From contig CAYMDN010000004.1 of NCBI GenBank assembly GCA_964389545.1, forward strand, positions 1 through 61,523: DNA of 61,523 bases. Direction: 5' to 3'. The notes beneath the pieces were generated by a model, which did not search any database, was not told the DNA's origin, and saw nothing but the letters and a program-made list of their open reading frames with translations. The DNA is from an uncultured Clostridium sp. GTDB taxonomy: Bacteria; Bacillota; Clostridia; TANB77; CAG-508. This document shows, piece by piece, positions 1 through 10,297 of the stretch; positions within the stretch are counted from its first letter, which is position 1, and each line of letters starts with the position of its first letter. Both the position numbers and the translations under genes were made by a program.

Positions 1-57
1 CCTCTTATCATTTGTTTCAACTAATAAACATGATTGTGGAAATTTTGTAACTTTCAT
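1..57 (-). CDS. N-terminus of a probable MBL-fold metallo-hydrolase (runs off the window edge)
   Basis: AAAGGTG RBS then ATG at 57; reads MKVTKFPQSCLLVETNDKR, resembling the start of MBL-fold hydrolases; only 19 codons visible. Confidence 0.5.
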   Translation of the reverse strand, partial: MKVTKFPQSCLLVETNDKR

Positions 58-97
58 AAGTAATCAACACCTTTCTAATTTGATTTTTTGTATACTC

Positions 98-634
98 TTA
101 TTCTTTCATAACGCTATAATGCACTTGCAATATATCTTCTTTTTCTTTTATTACTTTTTCAAGTTTTAATTTATTTTCAAAATAGTTACCTTGAAATAGT
201 GGTATTCCTTTGTTTAATACAAATGGATTATAATTTAAAATTATATTATCTACTATACCTTTTTCCATAAAAGCATTATTTATAGTTGCTCCACCAGAAA
301 TAAGCAATTTATTATAGTTTAATTTCTTGCATGTTTCCAAACAATCATCTATAGAATTGCAATACCTAACATTTGGAAATTGGCTTTTTGTTTCATTTTT
401 ACTACTCAAAACAATTAAATTTATATCTTTCAAATCATCTAAATATTCTTCTCCCCAAGATATTATGTTGTCCCACGTTTTTCTACCCCATATAAGTACA
501 TCATATTCTTTTAAAAATTCTAGCATTATCTTCCAACCTCTATAAGATAAAAAATCCTCATTTCCATCTTCTGCTGCAATTAATCCATTAATAGAACACG
601 CCATTTCAATTGTTATTGTTTTCATATTCATCAC
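98..634 (-). CDS. Dihydrofolate reductase / RibD C-terminal family protein
   Basis: MACSINGLIA, LIWGRKTWD, LLISGGATINNAF and PFVLNKGIPLF motifs. Confidence 0.85.
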   Translation of the reverse strand: MMNMKTITIEMACSINGLIAAEDGNEDFLSYRGWKIMLEFLKEYDVLIWGRKTWDNIISWGEEYLDDLKDINLIVLSSKNETKSQFPNVRYCNSIDDCLETCKKLNYNKLLISGGATINNAFMEKGIVDNIILNYNPFVLNKGIPLFQGNYFENKLKLEKVIKEKEDILQVHYSVMKE

Positions 635-1556
635 CCAAATATTTTTTTATACTATTCGCTAACTCAACATCCATTCTTTTTATTGCCTCTTTTGTTACTC
701 CTGCTATATGTGGAGTTACTATTACATTGTTTCTTTTTACATTTAATATTTCTTTATAATTTTCTGCATCAATGTCTAAACCAACATTAAAGGTATTATT
801 TTCATCTGCATATTTTATTAGTTCGTTCATATCTACTATTTCTGCTCTTGATGTGTTTATAAATGTTGCCGATTTCTTCATTAAGCTAATTTTATCTTTT
901 GATATTAAGTTTCTATTTTCATCATTTAATGGAATATTTACAGTTATAACATCTGAATTATTAAGTAATGTATCTAAGTCTATAAATTCTACACCTTGTT
1001 CTAATAAATCATTATGTTTTTCTGGATTTAAAGTGTTACAGTATATCTTCATATTAAAGACTTTTGCTATTTTTATTACTTCTTGTGATATTTTTCCTGC
1101 TCCTATTATTCCTATTGAACTATTATTTATATCGTTACTTCTTGCTGATAAGTCTTTTTTCGTTCCACCTTTAATAGCAATTTCGTTTGCTTCTATAATT
1201 CTTTTCTTTAAACTTAATATTAAAGAAAAAATATGTTCTGCTACTGATATTACATTTGATGTCTGACAATTGATTATTTTAATTAAGTCTGATTTTAAAA
1301 AACTTTTGTCTATATGGTCTATTCCTATAGATAATGTTGCTATTATTTTTTCTTTATCCACTACTTTTAGCATATCTTCTGTTAGTTTTTCTCGAACACC
1401 AATTATTAAAATATCATAGTCATTTAATAATCTTAATAATTCTTCTTTATTAGGCCTTTCTTCAGAAATTGATAAATCTAATTTTATTCCTGCATTTATT
1501 AATATTTCACATGCTTTTTTGTCTAAATCTTTAAATACGCTATATGCCTTTAACAT
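606..1556 (-). CDS. D-isomer-specific 2-hydroxyacid dehydrogenase
   Basis: SVAEH, IGIIGAGKIS Rossmann motif, FINTSRAEIVD, VTPHIAG. Confidence 0.88.
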   Translation of the reverse strand: MLKAYSVFKDLDKKACEILINAGIKLDLSISEERPNKEELLRLLNDYDILIIGVREKLTEDMLKVVDKEKIIATLSIGIDHIDKSFLKSDLIKIINCQTSNVISVAEHIFSLILSLKKRIIEANEIAIKGGTKKDLSARSNDINNSSIGIIGAGKISQEVIKIAKVFNMKIYCNTLNPEKHNDLLEQGVEFIDLDTLLNNSDVITVNIPLNDENRNLISKDKISLMKKSATFINTSRAEIVDMNELIKYADENNTFNVGLDIDAENYKEILNVKRNNVIVTPHIAGVTKEAIKRMDVELANSIKKYLGDEYENNNN

Positions 1557-1571
1557 TATTTTACTCCTTTA

Positions 1572-2165
1572 TTAAAAAAATATATTATCTTCTAAATCAT
1601 CTGGATGTTCTAATTCCATTTCTAAATCTTCCCAAGGAAATAAAGGATAAAAATACTCTATATTCAACTCTTCACACTTCTCTTTATCAAAATCATTATT
1701 ACCATTATAATAAAACGCTATATCTTCATATTCTATAATATCGTTAAAATTTCTACTACCATATTCTTTTGTTAAACAAACGTATAATATTTTGGCCTCT
1801 TTATATTTATTTTTTATTTCATTTATACATATCTCTACACTTGTTCCTGTACTGTGCATTGCTTCTACTACTAAAAATACTGGTTCTTTTTTATTTATCT
1901 CTATTGTATCAAATGGATTAAAAATCATCTCAATTTTATTATCGCCATTTTTATAAGCTATATGTTTAACTTGTATAGGCAAGAATTTTACAATATTTAA
2001 CTTATTAGAAATATATACTGCTGGCACCGCACCACTTCTTAATACCGGACATATATAATCTATTTTTATTTCATTATCTTGAATATATCTTCCTAACTGA
2101 TTGCATATTTTATCTATATATTGCAAGAATTCATTATGTTCCATTCTTTTATAATTTCTCTGCAT
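1572..2165 (-). CDS. Type I phosphoribosyltransferase-family protein
   Basis: PVLRSGAVPA, variant PRPP-binding loop LVVEAMHSTGTS, C-terminal FPWE. Confidence 0.7.
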   Translation of the reverse strand: MQRNYKRMEHNEFLQYIDKICNQLGRYIQDNEIKIDYICPVLRSGAVPAVYISNKLNIVKFLPIQVKHIAYKNGDNKIEMIFNPFDTIEINKKEPVFLVVEAMHSTGTSVEICINEIKNKYKEAKILYVCLTKEYGSRNFNDIIEYEDIAFYYNGNNDFDKEKCEELNIEYFYPLFPWEDLEMELEHPDDLEDNIFF

Positions 2166-2213
2166 TTCATACTCTCCTTATAAATCTATATAATTATTTA
2201 TCAAAATCAAATA

Positions 2214-3578
2214 TTACACATCCTGTTTTAGTTGTAGCACTGCTACGCACTCAATATGACTTGTATATGGGAACATATCCACTGGTTGAATTTCTTCTAT
2301 TATATATTTGTCACTTAAAATTTTTAAATCTCTTGCAAGTGTAGCTGGATTACAACTTATATATATTATTTGTTCTGTTTCTAATTCTCTTAATATATTA
2401 ACGGTGTTGCTATCTAATCCTTTTCGTGGTGGATCTACAAATATAGTATTTGGTTTTATTTTTTCTTTTTCTAAAATCTGAGGTAATATTTTTTCAACAT
2501 CACCCGCGTAGAACTCCATATTATTGATATTATTAAGTTTCGCATTATCTATAGCATCTCTTATTGCTTCTTCGACAATTTCCACGCCATATACTTTTCT
2601 AAAATATTTAGATGCAAAGATACCAATTGTTCCTATTCCACAATATAAATCAAGAGCTATATTATTTTTATCTGTATTTACGTGTTTCATTGCAGTATTA
2701 TATAATATTTCCGTCTGAATTGGATTTACTTGATAAAATGACAATGATGAAATTTTGAATTTATATTCTCCTATCAAGTCATATATGAATCCATCTCCAT
2801 AGATAATTTTATTTTCGTCGCCAAGTATTACATTTGTGTTTTTAGTATTATAATTGATGATTATTGTCTTAATGTTTGTATGTTTTTTTGTTATTTGTTC
2901 AGCAAATTCATCTTCTGTTTTGAATTTTCTGTCATTTACAATTATTGTTAATAAAACTTCGTCAGTTTTCAATCCTATTCTTAAGAATATATGTCTTACA
3001 GTGCCTTTTTGTGTTGTCTCGTTGTAAATAGATATATTGTTTGTCTTCATGTAATCAAAAACATCCCTTGCAATTTGTTCGCATTTTTCATTTTGTATGT
3101 AGCATTTGGTAATTGGAATAATATTGTGACTTCTATTTGCATAAACTCCCATAACAGGTTCATTATTTTTATTTACTCCTATAGGATATTGTAATTTATT
3201 TCTATAAAATAAGGGATTTTCCATTCCAATAACGTCATTAACTGGTAATGCTTTGCCAAAATTTTTGTATATGCAGTTCTCGACTATTGATTTTTTTATA
3301 TTTAAAGTTTCTTTATATTCAATATGTCTTAAATTACATCCTCCACATTTTTGATAATCTTTACATTCACTCTCTACTCTGTATGTAGTGGGTTCAATTA
3401 TTCTTAATAACTTTCCATACGCATAACTCGATAAAACTTTTAAAATTTTAATCTCTGCTTTTTCACCTACTATTGCACCATCAATAAAGATAGGAAAATT
3501 ATCAATTTTTGCAATTCCTTCACCTTGGTATCCATTATCTATAATTGTTACTTCATATACTTCATTTTTCTTTACCAT
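2214..3578 (-). CDS. rlmD: 23S rRNA (uracil-5)-methyltransferase RlmD
   Basis: TRAM N-terminus, C-x5-CGGC Fe-S motif, SFYQVN, DLYCGIGTIG, VDPPRKG, YISCNPATLARD, DMFPYTSHIE. Confidence 0.95.
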   Translation of the reverse strand: MVKKNEVYEVTIIDNGYQGEGIAKIDNFPIFIDGAIVGEKAEIKILKVLSSYAYGKLLRIIEPTTYRVESECKDYQKCGGCNLRHIEYKETLNIKKSIVENCIYKNFGKALPVNDVIGMENPLFYRNKLQYPIGVNKNNEPVMGVYANRSHNIIPITKCYIQNEKCEQIARDVFDYMKTNNISIYNETTQKGTVRHIFLRIGLKTDEVLLTIIVNDRKFKTEDEFAEQITKKHTNIKTIIINYNTKNTNVILGDENKIIYGDGFIYDLIGEYKFKISSLSFYQVNPIQTEILYNTAMKHVNTDKNNIALDLYCGIGTIGIFASKYFRKVYGVEIVEEAIRDAIDNAKLNNINNMEFYAGDVEKILPQILEKEKIKPNTIFVDPPRKGLDSNTVNILRELETEQIIYISCNPATLARDLKILSDKYIIEEIQPVDMFPYTSHIECVAVLQLKQDV

Positions 3579-3642
3579 AATAAAAACCTCTATATATTTT
3601 TATCATACAGAAGCGTATTTGTAAAGCAAAAAAAGCATATTA

Positions 3643-4735
3643 TTAATCTAATATGCTTTTAATAAATCCATTTTCAATCATTGTTTTAAAAACGTTCTTC
3701 AATATTATAAATATTATTGGTCCAACAAACAATCCTAGTACTCCAGTAAATTTAAATCCTGTATACATTGCAATTAGTGTAAATATAGGATGAATTCCTA
3801 TGTTACTACTTACTATTTTTGGTTCAGTTAGTTGCCTAACTATTGATGCAATCGCATATAAAATCAGTATATATACGCCTAATTTAAAATTTCCATTTAA
3901 AGCAAGTATTATTGCCCATGGCACCATGACTGTTCCAGACCCTAATATCGGTAATGCGTCTACTAATCCAATTCCTATTGCAGTAAGTAACGGGTACTGA
4001 ATATTATTTCCTGTAAATTTTAGGATGTATAATCCGTATTAAAACCACAAAAAATGATATTATTACGAGTATAATTTCTGCTTTTATATAATCTCCTAGA
4101 CTCTTTATTATATTTCTAAGATGCGAACCTAACTTTTTAACCCATAAACTTGGTAAATGATGTTCCATTTGATCAAGAATATACATTCTATCTGTGCAAA
4201 TAAAATATGTTGCTAATATTGTTATAAAAAAGTAAATTAGAAATGCAGGTATCAATGAAATAACATGTGTAATTTTTGTTAAAAAGTCATATATATAATT
4301 TGTAGCCTTATTTATTAATTTATCAGATGAATTTTCAAATATATTTATAACTTGATCTGGAATATTTATTTCTCGTGTTCTAATTTTATTGGTAATTTCA
4401 TTAACTTTGTTTGTACCTAGCTCAATATAGGCATTTAAGCCTTGTAATAAATTTGCACTTTCAGTTATTAGACAAAACATTCCACATGCTATTAAGCCAA
4501 TTATTATCGCAAATACAAAAAATATTACTCCCACTGCAACTTTTTTTCTTGTTATGTTAGTTTTCTTTACGATAAATTTAATTAAAGGTTCTAACATTAT
4601 TGCTATAATAAAAGCAATAAGAAATGGCATATAAAAAATCATCAATTTAAAGCTTAAATATAAAATTATTAAAGTTAAGATAAACAATATAATTCGTTTT
4701 ACTACTCTTGTCCAATATCCAATGTCAATTACCAT
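3643..4735 (-). CDS. ytvI: Sporulation integral membrane protein YtvI (AI-2E family), 363 aa if joined by a +1 shift at CGG 4036-4034
   Basis: ORF 4004-4735 turns to nonsense after ..VVLI-CGG; the +1 frame reads GLYILKFTGNNIQYPLLTAIGIGLVDALPILGSGTVMVPW.. into ORF 3643-3927 (EPKIVSSNIGIHP). Confidence 0.88.
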
Positions 4736-4760
4736 ATACTATCCTTCTCCTATGTAATTT

Positions 4761-4788
4761 AACATTGGTCTACTGCTAGACCAATGTT
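4761..4788 (-). terminator. Hairpin downstream of the CBS gene
   Basis: Inverted repeat aacattggtcta-ctgc-tagaccaatgtt. Confidence 0.6.
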
Positions 4789-4793
4789 TTATC

Positions 4794-5237
4794 CTATTCG
4801 TTATTTTTTGTATCATTACCACATTTACATATTCCTTCAGTAGTTTCTCCAACTTTTTCTTTATTAATTTCCTTATGGTTAGCTATATCCGCCAAAGTTA
4901 ATATACCAACTATTATTTCATTTTCTATAACTGGAATTCTCTTCACTTGGCAATCACACATTAATCTTGTAGCATTTTCAATATTTTCTTCAGGCTCTAT
5001 TGAATATATTTTTGTTGTCATTATTTCACTTACTGGTGTAGTGTTTAAATCTTTATCACAAGCTATTCCTCTTAATACTAAATCTCGATCTGTTATTAAA
5101 CCAACTATTATATCATTAGCATTACATACTGGAATACAGCCAACATGTTTATCTTTCATTATTTTAGCCACATCAGCTAACGTTGTTTCTGGTTTTACGC
5201 AAGAAATTTGTGTACACATACATTCTTTTACTTTCAT
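4794..5237 (-). CDS. CBS-domain pair protein
   Basis: VGCIPV, GLITDRDL, VSEIMT, VKRIPV, GILTLADI. Confidence 0.9.
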   Translation of the reverse strand: MKVKECMCTQISCVKPETTLADVAKIMKDKHVGCIPVCNANDIIVGLITDRDLVLRGIACDKDLNTTPVSEIMTTKIYSIEPEENIENATRLMCDCQVKRIPVIENEIIVGILTLADIANHKEINKEKVGETTEGICKCGNDTKNNE

Positions 5238-5303
5238 ATTATTCTCCTTTCAAATTAATATATTATTATTATTAATTATTGAAAGAAAAATATTCACTAC
5301 AAA

Positions 5304-5819
5304 TTAATATGGTCTCCAACTTCCTCGTTGTTCATACATTGGAAATTGTTGCCTTGGAAATGTATTCCTGTTCAATCGCTGTAATTCTCGTATGATTAGA
5401 ACCTTGATTAGGTTCCTAACTAAATAATTATCCCTTTGATTTGCAATGTTTGCCTCAGCTGTTTCTCTTGCATTTGGATTTCTCACATCTCCATTTTTTA
5501 GCTGGGTTCTCTGCATTGTAGCGGTATTATTTTGTGTTTGTGCCTCAGTATCTTCTATATTTCTATAAATCTCATTTGCCATTTCATCTATCAATTCTTT
5601 AGTAATATGTCTTTGACTATTCTGAGAACATACCTTACATATCATTGGATAGATTATTTTATATATTTCTGGATACATATCATTTAAATATTCCATATTA
5701 TTAGGTTGATTATTTCTATAATAGGGATCATAGTAGTAATCATTATATGTATTTGCATAAATATTGTTAGGCATTTGATTATTTCCCAGCACATTTCTCA
5801 TATATTCCTCGTATTCCAT
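5304..5819 (-). CDS. Hypothetical protein, probably spore-coat related
   Basis: GGAGG RBS; MYPEIYKIIYP and LIKVLIIREL motifs typical of small clostridial spore proteins. Confidence 0.55.
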   Translation of the reverse strand: MEYEEYMRNVLGNNQMPNNIYANTYNDYYYDPYYRNNQPNNMEYLNDMYPEIYKIIYPMICKVCSQNSQRHITKELIDEMANEIYRNIEDTEAQTQNNTATMQRTQLKNGDVRNPNARETAEANIANQRDNYLVRNLIKVLIIRELQRLNRNTFPRQQFPMYEQRGSWRPY

Positions 5820-5940
5820 GTTTTACCTCCTTTTTAATATACACGTATACATCTCTATTTTATGCATACATATTAAAAAAATTACTAGACATATTTTTGT
5901 TTATGTGATATTATCATCACATATTAATGAGGTGATTTTA

Positions 5941-6123
5941 ATGGATGAAAAAGAGGATATCGAAGTAGTTCTTAATGATGATAATAATTTGGAGATTTCT
6001 CCAGTTTATGAACATTTAAATATTGCTAAACCTCAGCCTAAGGAGAATATAGAAGAGATTATTATTCCAGAAGTTACAGAATTAAATAACGAAACAGAAA
6101 GAAAAGAAGAACAGGATAATTAG
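5941..6123 (+). CDS. Small acidic hypothetical protein (60 aa)
   Basis: GAGGTG RBS before ATG 5941; 3' part of ORF 5818-6123; ends within a hairpin. Confidence 0.65.
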   Translation: MDEKEDIEVVLNDDNNLEISPVYEHLNIAKPQPKENIEEIIIPEVTELNNETERKEEQDN

Positions 6124-6140
6124 TTTCCTGTTCTTCTTTT
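6102..6140. terminator. Bidirectional intrinsic terminator
   Basis: aaaagaagaacagga...tcctgttcttctttt between convergent genes. Confidence 0.7.
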
Positions 6141-6144
6141 AGTA

Positions 6145-8691
6145 TTATAATTCTTCGCCCAAATAAACATGGCCGTTTGGAGATTTTTTTATTTTTCTTT
6201 TCTTTTCTAGTTCATCAGTCATAAGATTTATTAATTCTATTTCTGTTAAATTAAATTTATGCTGTACATACCTTAATGTAGCCTTTCTTTTCATACCGCT
6301 TAATAGACAAATATGTATTGCATCTATCGGTGTTGTTTCTTTGCCTATTTGTTCATCTACTATTTCATTCTTGTATAATGCTTCTTTTTCGGTATTATTC
6401 TTTGATTTTAGTCTTGTATATCTTGTTACACCTGGTTCAATTTCTTCATCTAATGATACGTTGCTTCTTCTTGATTTTATTAGAGAGAGATGTTGATGTG
6501 TTACCGCGACTTTTGCCCATCTTCTCATTAAGTCAAATGCCATATCCTCCGCAAAATTCAAAACGACGTCACCTTTGTCTAAAAGTTGTATTAATATTTC
6601 TTGTGCAATATCCTCTGAATGCGCTGTTGTATGTAGTTTTTTCCCGATTATATGGCTATGAGTATGTATTGCATTGCATATTCTATCAATATATTTTTCT
6701 AAAAACCAATCTGGCGTCTTTGTTATTCCTATAAAAATTCTACCTTGTGTATCTAAGGTATTTATCAGATTTTCCACTATTGTTTCATTGTCCTTATAAA
6801 TACTATTAAGTATATCTATTACAGAACATTCGTACCTTTTTGCCAATGCTTCTAATTCATCTTTGCTATAAAATCTATTTTTATTTAGACTATGTGCAAC
6901 TCTATCATCAAATTGTTTTTCAAAGTTTATTCTAGCTCTTTCTCCTGGATTATTTTTTATCTTTAAATAAAGATTATAACCTATACCTAACAACTTTGCA
7001 AAATCAGCTTCACTCATTTTATCTTCAAAATCTGCATATATCTCTAAAAAATCTTTATATTCTATACGTGATTCTGCTAATCCACTAGTTTTTAGTAATT
7101 CTATAATTTCTTCTTTTTCTTCTGCTGATAGTTCCCCATACTCATCTTTTAAGACAAATGTTCTTAATTTAGTATTTTTTATACTTGTGTAATTAGCATA
7201 ATTAATACCAATTATATCAGCAAATTCTACTTCTGATAAATCACTTCCAAATTGAGAATACAATGTTAAGAACTCGCTATATGCTATTAATCTATGTTCG
7301 TATCCTGCCTCTCTTACTGCTTCTCGTATTTGTGCTTTTCTATCATCAGTTGCGATATCATATGTTGTTTTAAAGGCAACTGTTTTTACTCCTCTGTTTT
7401 TCATTGCCTGAAAATTAAACTGATTTATTCCTAACAGCTCTGCAAATTCTACTTCTGATAATTCTATTTTATATGGTTCATATAAAGCTAAGAAATCTTT
7501 ATATACTATTGATTGATTTTCTATATTTTTTGTTCTCATTAGGTTACTAATTTCTTGTTTTCTTTCTTCTGTTGCTCCAGTATATGTAGTTCTTAATACA
7601 GTAGCTCTTTGTTTTCCACCTTTCATTGTTCTAAAACTACTTCCTGTCATTCCTAAAATAGTTGCAAAATTCAATTCTGTAATTTCTTCTTTATATGGTT
7701 CATATAGGGTTAAAAATTCTTCATATGTAATACTTTTATTTCTATATCCCTTTTCTTCTACATCACTTATTATTCTTCTTTCTAATTGCCCATCAAACTC
7801 GTCAGGTTTCAAAATAACGACTTTTTTGTTTCTCACCCTCATGTTATATATATATTCTCTACGTACACCTAAAATTTCCGCAAATTTTGTTTCTGTCATA
7901 ATTGCTTTATATGGTTCATATAAAGTTAAAAATTCTTCATATGTTACAGATCTGTTCTCGTAACCAGCTTCTATTAATATGGTTCGTATCCTAACTATAT
8001 TTTCAGGTGTTAACTCTGGCATCTTTGTTGTTAAAATTTCTACTTGTGCATCTTGGTTATTCTTTAGCCTATTGTACGTTTTATATGTTATTCCTAGTAT
8101 AGTTGCAAAATCTGCCTCTGAAATTTCAGTTTTATATGGTTCATATAACGTATAGAATGTTTTTTGATCTATTTTGGTATCTGAATACCCTCTTTTTATA
8201 AAATCTTCTCGTATTTCTACTCTTCTTTCTTGTGATAATGGTGCAAACTTTTGCTTTAATATTCTAGCGCCTTGTTTCCCTGATTTTAATGCCTTATAAT
8301 TTGAGTTTGATAGCCCTAATATATCCGCAAAATCCATCTCTGACATTTCATCTTTATATGGATTATATAGTTCTAAAAATTCATCATATCTAATGCTCTT
8401 TGGTTTTAATCCTTGTTTTATTAATATTTCTTTTATTTCTGCTTTTCTTTCTTCTGATGCTTTGCCATATCTTGTTTTAAGTATGGTTGCTCTATATCCT
8501 TTTGATTTAAAGGTAGCGAATGAACTATACGTTAATCCTATTATTTCTGCAAAATCTACCTCTGACATCTCATTCTTATATGGCTCATATAATTCTTGAA
8601 ACTCTTTATATGTGATTTTTTTCTCTTTATATCCCTTATCTATTAAAGAAGCAACTATTCTACCCTTTTCTTCTTCAAAATTATAGTTCAT
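6145..8691 (-). CDS. 848-aa protein with eight ~75-aa HTH-like tandem repeats and a sigma-factor-like C-terminal region
   Basis: Eight copies of Y.EFL.LYEPYK..MSE..FA.ILG; tail contains SEDIAQE and VSLDEEI. Confidence 0.75.
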   Translation of the reverse strand: MNYNFEEEKGRIVASLIDKGYKEKKITYKEFQELYEPYKNEMSEVDFAEIIGLTYSSFATFKSKGYRATILKTRYGKASEERKAEIKEILIKQGLKPKSIRYDEFLELYNPYKDEMSEMDFADILGLSNSNYKALKSGKQGARILKQKFAPLSQERRVEIREDFIKRGYSDTKIDQKTFYTLYEPYKTEISEADFATILGITYKTYNRLKNNQDAQVEILTTKMPELTPENIVRIRTILIEAGYENRSVTYEEFLTLYEPYKAIMTETKFAEILGVRREYIYNMRVRNKKVVILKPDEFDGQLERRIISDVEEKGYRNKSITYEEFLTLYEPYKEEITELNFATILGMTGSSFRTMKGGKQRATVLRTTYTGATEERKQEISNLMRTKNIENQSIVYKDFLALYEPYKIELSEVEFAELLGINQFNFQAMKNRGVKTVAFKTTYDIATDDRKAQIREAVREAGYEHRLIAYSEFLTLYSQFGSDLSEVEFADIIGINYANYTSIKNTKLRTFVLKDEYGELSAEEKEEIIELLKTSGLAESRIEYKDFLEIYADFEDKMSEADFAKLLGIGYNLYLKIKNNPGERARINFEKQFDDRVAHSLNKNRFYSKDELEALAKRYECSVIDILNSIYKDNETIVENLINTLDTQGRIFIGITKTPDWFLEKYIDRICNAIHTHSHIIGKKLHTTAHSEDIAQEILIQLLDKGDVVLNFAEDMAFDLMRRWAKVAVTHQHLSLIKSRRSNVSLDEEIEPGVTRYTRLKSKNNTEKEALYKNEIVDEQIGKETTPIDAIHICLLSGMKRKATLRYVQHKFNLTEIELINLMTDELEKKRKIKKSPNGHVYLGEEL

Positions 8692-8787
8692 ATACTTTTC
8701 CTTTCGTAAAATTATTTTATGTGGTTAGCATCAAGTCACCACATACATATATTATACCATAATTAACATAATATTGCAATTTAGCAA

Positions 8788-8830
8788 AAAAATAGAATCT
8801 TTCGACTACAATTTGTCAAAAGATTCTATA
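8788..8830 (-). terminator. Intrinsic terminator after pyk
   Basis: atagaatcttt..aaagattctat inverted repeat with a T run on the minus strand. Confidence 0.65.
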
Positions 8831-8839
8831 AAAAATTAG

Positions 8840-10279
8840 TTAGACAACTACTATTCCACCCATTACCATATTCATTTGAGTTTCGCTTTTATTTAATGCT
8901 GTTAGCACTTTTGTTCCTCCTGCAACAACAATCTTATCTCCTGTTTCAAATGCTCCGTGTTCTTTTAAGTCATTAAAACCAACTTCTAGTAATTTATTTA
9001 TATTGTCTTGTGGGTCATATAGCTTTGGAATTATATTTCTGCATAATCCTAATTGTCTGTATGTTACCTCATTTTGTGTTATTGCATATATTGGGCATCT
9101 TATTCCAAAACTTGATACCATTCTTACTGTACTTCCTGTATTTGTATATGAAAATACGGCTTTTGCATCAATATTCATTGCCGTTATGGCAACTGCATAA
9201 TTCATATTAAATTCATTGCTTGCTTCTGCTAAATTATATTCCTTGAATTTAAATCTCTTTGAATAATTTATTGTTTTTTCTATTTCTGTTGCTATTGAGC
9301 TCATTGTTTTTACACATTCAACTGGATAATTTCCAGATGCAGTTTCACCAGATAACATTATTGCGCTACTTTCATCAAATATTGCATTAGCCACATCACT
9401 AACTTCTGCTCTTGTTGGTCTTGGATTTGTAATCATAGATTCAAGCATTTGTGTTGCTGTTATTACTGGTTTTCCTTGAGCAATTGTTTTCTTTATAAAT
9501 TGTTTTTGTAGAATTGGAACTTCTGCCATAGGAATTTCAACCCCTAAATCTCCTCTTGCAACCATAATACCATCCGAAACATTTAAGATTGCATCAAAGT
9601 TATCTACACCTTCTCTGTTTTCTATTTTAGCAATAATTTTAACATGTTCTCCACCATTTGTTTTTAAAACCTCTCGTATCTCTTCAATATCACGTGGTTT
9701 TCTAATAAATGATGCAGCAATGTAATCAAATCCTGCTTCTATTCCATATTTTATATCTTCTATATCTTTTTCTGTTATTCCTGGCAAGTTGACAATAAAA
9801 TCTGGTATGTTTATACTCTTTCTATTTGTTAATTTTCCACCTTGTATTACTGTACAAACAATATCTTTTCCTTGTATTTCATCAACTCTAAGCTCTATTG
9901 TACCATCATTAATTAAAATTGTTCTTCCTGGTTCTATTTCCTCAAATAATGATTTATATGTTATAGAAACTTTAGTTTCATCTCCAGGTTCATCTCCATT
10001 AAGCAAAGTAAATTTTTGTCCTTTTTCCAACATTACTTGTGAATCCTTGAATTTTCCTATTCTTATTTCAGGTCCCTGTGTATCTAATAATAATGGTATT
10101 GGTAATTTAAGCTCGTCTCTAATTCTTTTAAATGTATTAATTCTGTCTGCTTGATCTTTATAATTTCCATGTGAAAAGTTAATTCTACCAACATTCATAC
10201 CAGCAAGCATTAATTCTCTTAAAACATTCTCATTATCTGTTGCTGGACCTAATGTACAAACAATTTTTGTTTTTCTCAT
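8840..10279 (-). CDS. pyk: Pyruvate kinase
   Basis: RKTKIVCTLGPA, RINFSHG, IIAKIEN, MVARGDLGVE, TATQMLESM, PTRAEVSDVANA, MLSGETA. Confidence 0.97.
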   Translation of the reverse strand: MRKTKIVCTLGPATDNENVLRELMLAGMNVGRINFSHGNYKDQADRINTFKRIRDELKLPIPLLLDTQGPEIRIGKFKDSQVMLEKGQKFTLLNGDEPGDETKVSITYKSLFEEIEPGRTILINDGTIELRVDEIQGKDIVCTVIQGGKLTNRKSINIPDFIVNLPGITEKDIEDIKYGIEAGFDYIAASFIRKPRDIEEIREVLKTNGGEHVKIIAKIENREGVDNFDAILNVSDGIMVARGDLGVEIPMAEVPILQKQFIKKTIAQGKPVITATQMLESMITNPRPTRAEVSDVANAIFDESSAIMLSGETASGNYPVECVKTMSSIATEIEKTINYSKRFKFKEYNLAEASNEFNMNYAVAITAMNIDAKAVFSYTNTGSTVRMVSSFGIRCPIYAITQNEVTYRQLGLCRNIIPKLYDPQDNINKLLEVGFNDLKEHGAFETGDKIVVAGGTKVLTALNKSETQMNMVMGGIVVV

Positions 10280-10297
10280 ACTTTAATCCCCTCTATC

